A DNA stretch of 64,000 nucleotides from an uncultured Solirubrobacteraceae bacterium (lineage in GTDB: Bacteria; Actinomycetota; Thermoleophilia; Solirubrobacterales; Solirubrobacteraceae). The first letter of the stretch is position 1. Every line of letters begins with the position of its first letter. The notes beneath the pieces are model-generated. The model saw nothing but the letters and a program-made list of their open reading frames with translations, did not search any database and had not been told where the DNA came from. Below, piece after piece: positions 57,370-64,000 of the stretch. The position numbers were made by a program, and so were the translations under genes. The DNA is taken from assembly GCA_963816005.1 (NCBI GenBank), contig CAWFKF010000053.1, positions 42,200 through 106,199 on the forward strand. The letters are read 5' to 3'.

Positions 57370-58542
57370 GTTAGGCGGCTGCGGTGCCCCGAGCATGGCG
57401 TGTGCTGGTTGAGGGCGTCCCGTTCGCCCGTGACAGTGCGAGGTTCACCCGCGATTTCGATGACCTCGTGGCGTGGTTGGCGACAACGACCGATAAGACC
57501 GCGACCTGTCGGCTGACGAGGATCGACTGGAAAACGATCGGACGGATCATCACGCGCGTCGGCGAGGAGATGCTCGCCGCCGAGGACCGGCTCACGGATC
57601 CTTTTCGAGATCTCGATCGACGAGGTCGCGTGGCGCAAAGGGACACAGGTACCTCACGTTGGTCGGCGATCACCGCCGCCGGTGCGTGGTGTGGGGCCGC
57701 GAGGGCAAGGGGCAGGCCGCTGCCGATGAGTTCTTCGCAGAGCTCGACCCCGATCTGCACCTCTCCCTTCCCCAGCCAGAACCGTCAGAACCAGCCGAAA
57801 TCCTGGAAGAACCGCCCGATCCGCCGGCCCCCGAAGCGAACCGCAGCCGACAGCGACCGGCCGGTCGGTGAGCGCGCCGGGCAGCTCACCGCGGTCTCGA
57901 TGGACATGGGCGAGGGGTACGCCAAATCGGTCCGTGAGCACGCCCCGCAGGCCGTGATCTGTATCGACAACTTTCACGTCGTGCAGCTGGCCACCAAGGC
58001 GCTGGACGAGGTCCGCCGCGAGCACTGGAACGTGCTGCGCGCAACCGGTGACACGGGCGCAGCGAAGGCGTTCAAGGACAGCCGCTGGTCGCTGCTGAAG
58101 AACCCCGCGGACCTGACCGACACCCAGGTGGACACGCTCGCCGCGATCCACGCCACCGGCGGGAAGGTCCCGCGCGCCTGGGCGATGAAGGAGATGGTCC
58201 GCGCGATCTTCGCCCCCAACCTCACCCTCGACACCGTCGATGAGCTGATCGACCGGCTCCTCGCTCGCCTGTCCCGCAGCCGCCCGAAACCGTTCATCCG
58301 CCTCGGACGCACGATCCGCAAACACCGTGACGGGATCCTCGCCGCCCACCGGCTGAAACTGAGCAACGCCCGAGCGGAAGCGATGAACAACCGCGTGAAG
58401 CTGATCGTCCGCCGCGCCTACGGGTTCCACTCCGCCCAAGCCGCGCTCGCGCTCATTCACCTCACCTGCGGCCCAGTCACACTCACCCTCCCACACGAAC
58501 AAGCGTTCGCGTGACCTCACCTACGATCATGCACGGAGAGCC
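57370..58542 (+). pseudogene. 5'-truncated, frameshifted ISL3
   Basis: Homologous to the 43855-45258 transposase; right end ...CATGCACGGAGAGCC. Confidence 0.85.
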
Positions 58543-58631
58543 CTATTTGTGCGTCGTGGCAGGGGCTCGCTGCCGGACAAAAACGGGGGCCAGCTGCGCA
58601 GCGAGCCACGCGGTTCTGGGGCGGACGGCGG

Positions 58632-58952
58632 CTATTCCAGCCATTCGCCGATCACGGTGGGGTTGGCGTGGATGCACACGAGGCTTGAGCGGCCGGGACC
58701 GTCGTTGGTGAACTTGTGCGGGGTGTTCGCCGGGACGATCACGACGTCGCCAGGGCCGGCCGCGCGGGTCTCGTTTCCGGCCTGGAAGTTGACGGTTCCG
58801 TCGACCACGAGCCAGGTCTCGTCGTAGGGGTGGCGGTGAAGCTTGGGCCCGTGCCCGGGGTTGCTGCGGTCGAGGATCAGAGAGATGGTGGCTCCGTGCT
58901 CGACGCCTTCGATCGTCTGCGTGTCCTCTGGGTTTGTCTTGATCACAGCCAT
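58632..58952 (-). CDS. Cupin domain protein
   Basis: GPKLHRHPYDE...GDVVIVPANTPHKF. Confidence 0.85.
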   Translation of the reverse strand: MAVIKTNPEDTQTIEGVEHGATISLILDRSNPGHGPKLHRHPYDETWLVVDGTVNFQAGNETRAAGPGDVVIVPANTPHKFTNDGPGRSSLVCIHANPTVIGEWLE

Positions 58953-59147
58953 GCTCTGCTCCTGGTTGTTAGATCCGCTGCCGGAACCCTCCGCGCGATC
59001 ACGAAGTGTGCCGCTCGTGCGCGGGGACAGATCGTTGGGATGAGCGTTGCTGCGACGGGTTCGATCGTCGCTGGGTGGTCGCGGCGTCTGCCGGGGGCCG
59101 TCGGGCCCCACCAGGTCGGTGGGGCCGTGGCCGCGGCATGAGCTGCG

Positions 59148-60167
59148 CTACGCGGCCGGCTGGTAGTGCAAGTGGAGGGCGCCGTTGTCGTAGGCGTCGC
59201 TTGCCGCGAGCGTGAGCGTGGTTTTGTGGGGCTCCGTGGATGATCGGGGGTGACTCTCGATCGAGATTCCGTCCTGAGCAGGGCTTTTGGTCGTCGGAGC
59301 GGCGGGTGGAAGTCGCGTGCGCCTCTGCTGCTGGGTTGTGGACTGCTCGCTGGGCCCCGTGCCCGGCGATCGTGGGCACAGCGGATGCGTGCTCAAGCGG
59401 CCAGGGATGGCCGCGCCTGCGCGCAGGCGCATCCGGATGATCATGGCGAGACTCGCCCCATAGGGCGTCGTTGGGGGGCGTCGGGGTCGCTGCCCGCGTT
59501 GACGGGGGTCGTGGCGTGCCGGGGAGCTGCCTGCTCCATTCCCTTCTCGTTGCGCCGTTTGCCGTGCGTGCGCACCGGGTCATCCCGGGGTCGAGCGAGC
59601 GTCGTGGCGGAATACGGGTGACGCGGTTCGGAGGGCCAGAAAGAAAACGCGTGTTCGTGTGTCGTCACCCCCGATCATGCCCGGAGAGCCGGTTTTGTGG
59701 CCGTTGGCGAACAGCCGCTGACCCGCACCGAGCGTCAACGGATAGACGAACAGGTGGAGCTCGTCAACCAGGCCGTCAGCGAGCATCGCGCTGACGAGCG
59801 TCCCGCTGCCGCTGACGTAGATCTGACCGTCGGTCTGATCCTTCAGAGAGCGGACCGCCTCGGCGCTGTAGGCGCCCAGGATCGTCGAGTTGCTCCACTC
59901 GGCCCGCTGCAGCGACGACGAGATGACGTACTTGGGCGAGTCGTTCATGAACGACTCGCCGGGGTCCTGCTCGGCCGTCCGGCCCGACCAGGCCGGCGCG
60001 AACTCTTCGTAGGTACGGCGACCCAACAGGATCGCCGTGCTGGAACCCATGATCGCGCCGATCGCCTCGCCCATCTTCGGATCGAACCCGTAGTCGAACG
60101 TCCAGGTCGGCGCATCGATCACGCCATCGAGCGTGATGAATTCGTGTACCGCGATCGTGCCCATCAT
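59148..60167 (-). pseudogene. DHFR/RibD C-terminal-like gene interrupted by a MITE
   Basis: ITLDGVI, LGRRTY, GSGTLV, LVDELHL; C-terminus HKTTLTL...HYQPAA resumes below 59229. Confidence 0.85.
59230..59690. mobile_element. 461-bp ISL3-type MITE
   Basis: Ends GGCTC...ATGATCGGGGGTGAC / GTCACCCCCGATCAT...GAGCC; duplication (GG)TTTTGTGG; right end resembles the 58542 ISL3 end. Confidence 0.88.
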
Positions 60168-60221
60168 CTTCTCCTTCGAGGGTGGCTGTGGGTTTTGGTG
60201 AAACCGTGGGTCGGCTTCTAA

Positions 60222-60277
60222 ACTGCACCGTGTAGTAAATACGAGGCGTGTCGCTCTGTCAAACTAAACGGTTCAGT
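60222..60277. promoter_or_regulatory. Two imperfect palindromes, probable TetR operators
   Basis: ACTGCAC-C-GTGTAGT and ACTAAAC-G-GTTCAGT between divergent tetR and DHFR-like genes. Confidence 0.6.
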
Positions 60278-60335
60278 CATAGGTGTAGACCTGAGCCAGT
60301 CCCGAAACTCACCGCCCGTCCCGAAGGGAATCGCC

Positions 60336-60983
60336 ATGACCGACCCCGCCGCTGCCAAGCCAATCTCAGAGTCCCGATCCGTCCGCAAGCGTCGCGCGAT
60401 CCTCGACGCGGCCACCGAGGTGTTCCTCGCCGAGGGCTTCGCCGGCGCGAGCATGGACGCGATCGCGACGGCCGCCGGGGTCTCAAAGCCGACCGTCTAC
60501 AACCACTTCGCCGACAAGCAGCAGCTGTTCGAGCAGATCGTCAACGACCTGGTCGCCGTGATCACACAACCCTTCTATGAACAGATCGTCAACCTCAGCG
60601 ATGATGGAGATCTCGCCAAACGCCTGCGCGAGCTCGCCACTCTCCTACTCAAGGGGGTGATGCAGCCGACGAACCTGCGCTTGCGCCGACTCGTGATCGG
60701 CGAGGCCAGCAGGTTCCCCGATCTTGGTCGCGCCTACGAACAGCACGGACCGGGGCGCGCGATCGCGGCATGGACCACAGCGTTCAAACGGCTCGCCGAC
60801 GAAGGACTGCTACGGCTGCACGACCCCGCACTCGCCGCCGAGCACTTCCAATCGCTCGTCCTCACGACCCCGCTCAACCACGCCATGCTCAGCGGCGACG
60901 ACCGGCCGCCCGGGGCAACGCAGCTCAAGCGCTACACCGACAGCGCGGTGGACGTCTTCCTAGCCGCCTACCGCAGCACCTGA
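60336..60983 (+). CDS. TetR/AcrR family regulator
   Basis: ILDAATEVF..GF..ASMDAIA..AGVSKPTVYNHF.DK. Confidence 0.93.
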   Translation: MTDPAAAKPISESRSVRKRRAILDAATEVFLAEGFAGASMDAIATAAGVSKPTVYNHFADKQQLFEQIVNDLVAVITQPFYEQIVNLSDDGDLAKRLRELATLLLKGVMQPTNLRLRRLVIGEASRFPDLGRAYEQHGPGRAIAAWTTAFKRLADEGLLRLHDPALAAEHFQSLVLTTPLNHAMLSGDDRPPGATQLKRYTDSAVDVFLAAYRST

Positions 60984-61339
60984 TCCCGTCACGAGTTCTC
61001 CTACGTCCGAGGCGGCACTCTCGACGAGGCTGCTCTGCGCACGAGCGGGCCGCGACACCGGACCCGAATGATGCCTGCGCGGTCATGAAACGAGGGCTAT
61101 ACAAACAGGACGGCAACCGACACTGCAACTCGCCAGATGCACGTCCGGGAGCGAGCGCTCGGTCGCCGATCCGGTCGTGCCTCCAACGCCATCGAAAGCG
61201 ATGAGACCGATCGTCGACGGATGCGTGGCGCAATCGCTGAGTTCTGGCTGGGCCACGTCGCACCATCGCCCCTGTGTGGCGTGGATCAGGCGGGAACTGG
61301 CGCGGCCGACGTCGCCGTCGGCGCCGGGACCCGCACCAG

Positions 61340-62255
61340 TCTAATCCGCCCGTCCCCCTTATCTGTGCAGTGCGCTGATGTCAAGTTTCCCCGGCGCGAG
61401 AGCTTGAGGGGGTGGTGCGTGCGCGCGGTTGGTGGTGTGTCGGGTGTTGTGCGCGCGGGCGCCCAGCCTTATCTCGGTCCGCGAGCCTGCCGTGCGGCGA
61501 CTCGGTGACATGATGGTTGATGGGGGGTTGTTCCCGCTGGGTGAAGCGTTGCGGCCGCTCGGTCTTTTGAGGCCGTCCACGCGGACGTGGCGGCAGGGGG
61601 CTGTCGGGAGCTGGCCGCGGTGCATCGGTGATGGTGAGGCTACGCGCGCACGGAACGGTCTCATGCGGGGCGGAGCCCCTCCTCTCCGAGTTCGCGGAGG
61701 GTGTGGTAGCTGCGTTTGAGGAGCTTGCGCATCACGCCGAGCAGGGCGCGGTTACCGCCAAGTCGCTCCGCGGCTTGCTGGTAGTAGACGTAGTCGGGGC
61801 TCGTCTTGCGTCTCGCGGTCTGCGCGGCTTCGTACAGCGCCCAGCGCAACGCGGGCGGTCCTTGCCGGGACAGATGGCCGGGAGCGCGGCGTTTATCGGA
61901 TGCGTGCACGGTTACGTCCATGCCGGCGTAACGGACCGCTTCGCGCGAGGACGAGAACCGGCGAGCGTCCCCGAGCTCGGCGAGGATCACAACGCTGGTC
62001 AGCTCGCCGATCCCATAGAGCGCCTGCAACGCGTGGCAGCCGGGCTGGCGACGCGCATAGGACCGCAGCTCCTTATCGAGCGGCGCGACCCGAGCCTCGC
62101 CCGCGTCGATCATCCCGAGCGCGACCGTGATCTGCTCCCGTCCCGCAGCCGGCAACGGCAGCTGCTCGAGCCACGCGCGGTTCTCGCACGTGAGCAGGCC
62201 AGCACGCTTCGGCAGCCCGTGGTGATAAAGCACCGCCTGAATCCGCTGCTGCCAT
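61340..62255 (-). pseudogene. IS110-family element, 3' half with long non-coding end
   Basis: GIGELTSVVILAELGD..RF...YAGMD...S...HLSRQG...LRWALYEAA motifs. Confidence 0.82.
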
Positions 62256-62644
62256 GGAACACCCGGTCGCAACGGCGCGCCTCGATGTCCTGCAGGCGTT
62301 GCCCGCCGCACAGCGCGTTGTAGGCGATGTTCAACACGTGATCGGACTCGTGGTAGGGCTTGTGCAACTTCAACAGCTCAAGCGAGCTGTCGATCTCGCC
62401 GGCCAGCCCGACCGCGCTGATCAGCTTCGCGACCAGGCCGATCCCGCCGTGCCCCGTTGCTTTCGTGCGCGCCGAGAGCTCACAGGCGATGTTCGCCCGG
62501 CCGAGCACCGGCCCGCTCATGTTCGGGCGCACAGCGTGCTCGAGGCGCCGTTTGATCGCGGTCGCCTCCGCGCGCAGCCTGGCGGTTCGCGTGCGGCGGT
62601 GCTTGCTCATCGGTGTTCTCCTCCCGGTCGGATGGCGTGTCCCA

Positions 62645-62682
62645 CACAATACCAGACAGTAATGCTACTGTCTGGTATTGTG
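62645..62682. promoter_or_regulatory. Perfect 17-bp inverted repeat between divergent genes
   Basis: CACAATACCAGACAGTA-ATGC-TACTGTCTGGTATTGTG. Confidence 0.7.
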
Positions 62683-62716
62683 GTGGATACTAACCCGCTG
62701 GAGAAGAAGAACGAGA

Positions 62717-63075
62717 TGCCACCGAGCAACACCACCGAGCAGCTCGCCGACTACGAGCAGAAATACCGCGACCTCGCCGCCCAACTCGCGACGATCGGCA
62801 TGATCCACCCGGGCAGCGTCACCCGCCGCTACACCCGCTGCGCAACCCCCGGCTGCAAATGCCACGCCGACCCGCCCCAACCCCACGGCCCCTACTACCA
62901 ATGGACCGCCAAGATCAACGGCAAGACCGTCACCCGCCGCATCAGCGAACGCGAAGCGGAGCACTACCAGGAATGGATCGCCAACGACCGCCAACTCCGA
63001 GACCTCATCGCCCAGATGCGTCAGATCGCAGCCAAAGTCGCTGAGCTGACACTCAAACAAGCAGCCAGCCCATAA
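62717..63075 (+). CDS. DUF6788-like small protein
   Basis: GSVTRRYTRCATPGCKC...HGPYYQW. Confidence 0.75.
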
Positions 63076-63305
63076 CCGGGCACGCTTCACCCCAAACAAG
63101 CACTCAGGCAGTCAGGCCCCAGCTCGCAGTCGGCCCACGAAACCCTGAAAACACGGCCTTCCAGGGCCCGCCCCCGAGTCCTCAGACCAAACCTACGCTT
63201 GGTTTAGGGCTAGATGCCGGCGGCGGCTGAGCTCGCGACCGGCCTCATCCGGCTGCATGACATAGGATCGCGGCTCGTCTGGAACCACGGTTGCGAGGGG
63301 GCGGG

Positions 63306-64000
63306 ATGGCGGATCGACGCGACGCGAGCGATTTCACCAAGGCGGTCAATGACGAGCTTCTGGGCTATCTGCCGTGCGAAGATCGTCAGGATTTTGAGGA
63401 CGCGGCGCGTGGGCACATCGCTGATCTGAATGGGGCGGTGGTGAAGGCGCCGGACGGTCGCGTGGTGTGGGATCCGAACAGGTTCTCGTTCATCGCCGAC
63501 GACGCGCCTGCGCCCGCGAGCGTGAACCCGAGCCTGTGGCGGCAGTCGCAGCTGTGCGCGAAGGGCGGGCTGTTCAAGGTGGTCGACCGGCTCGATCAGG
63601 TCCGCAACCACGACATCTCGAACCTGACGATCGTCGAGGGCGACACCGGCCTGATCTTGTTCGACCCGCTGATCTCGGTGGAGTGCTCGCAGGCCGCGCT
63701 GGCGTTGTACTACGAGCACCGGCCGAAGAAGCCGGTCGTCGCGGTGGTGTACTCCCACAGTCACGTCGATCATTACGGCGGGGTCAAGGGCGTGATCTCG
63801 GAGGAGGATGTCGCGGCTGGGAAGGTGCGGGTGATCGCGCCGGAGGGGTTCCTCGAGGCGGCGGTCTCGAAGAACATCATGGCGGGCAACGTGATGACCC
63901 GCCGGGCCCTGTATCAGTACGGGTCGCTGATCCCGTTCGATGAGAAGGGCAACGTCGGATTGGGTCTCGGCACGGCGATCTCGCTAGGCTCGATCACGTT
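63306..64000 (+). CDS. Alkyl/aryl sulfatase (SdsA1/BDS1-like metallo-beta-lactamase), runs off window
   Basis: ATG at 63306; VNPSLWRQSQL, DISNLTIVEG, YSHSHVDHYGG. Confidence 0.88.
   Translation, partial: MADRRDASDFTKAVNDELLGYLPCEDRQDFEDAARGHIADLNGAVVKAPDGRVVWDPNRFSFIADDAPAPASVNPSLWRQSQLCAKGGLFKVVDRLDQVRNHDISNLTIVEGDTGLILFDPLISVECSQAALALYYEHRPKKPVVAVVYSHSHVDHYGGVKGVISEEDVAAGKVRVIAPEGFLEAAVSKNIMAGNVMTRRALYQYGSLIPFDEKGNVGLGLGTAISLGSIT

Larger units (their letters stand above)
62256..63209 (-). mobile_element. IS1380-like element, 5' part, with divergent DUF6788-like gene
   Basis: GGIGLV...HKPYHESDHVLNIAYNALCGG; terminus ...TTTAGGG followed by CTAG. Confidence 0.65.

Overview
High-GC, actinobacterial-looking (Solirubrobacterales-like by inference) accessory region made almost entirely of mobile DNA. 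The core (6.8-37.5 kb) is a Russian-doll stack of about 17 group II intron segments. These are class D-like (RmInt1-type), class E-like and an actinobacterial type, plus ORF-less forms, nested up to 7 introns deep. Most boundaries can be fixed to the nucleotide by rejoining the host reading frame or RNA, and by EBS1-IBS1 pairing that co-varies between copies. Highlights: (i) a ~915-nt ORF-less 'satellite' intron in 3 copies that starts GGAGC and always sits at the same domain I site of class E introns, with EBS1 matched to each host; (ii) class E introns that start GAAAGCG instead of GUGYG; (iii) an intron that inserts antisense into the DFL codons of other introns' RT genes; (iv) AT-shifted decay of cargo carried inside ORF-less introns. 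Around this are IS elements (ISKra4-like, IS701, IS1182, ISL3, IS1380, IS1595, IS110), two MITE types, two minimal serine-recombinase elements and a TIR-less element encoding a Rep_trans-like/wHTH protein. There is also a tRNA-Pro att remnant and a few host genes (TPR/Sel1, Ig-like, adhesin, VapBC, DHFR-like, TetR, cupin, alkyl sulfatase). Family assignments come from motif recognition only; no searches were run.
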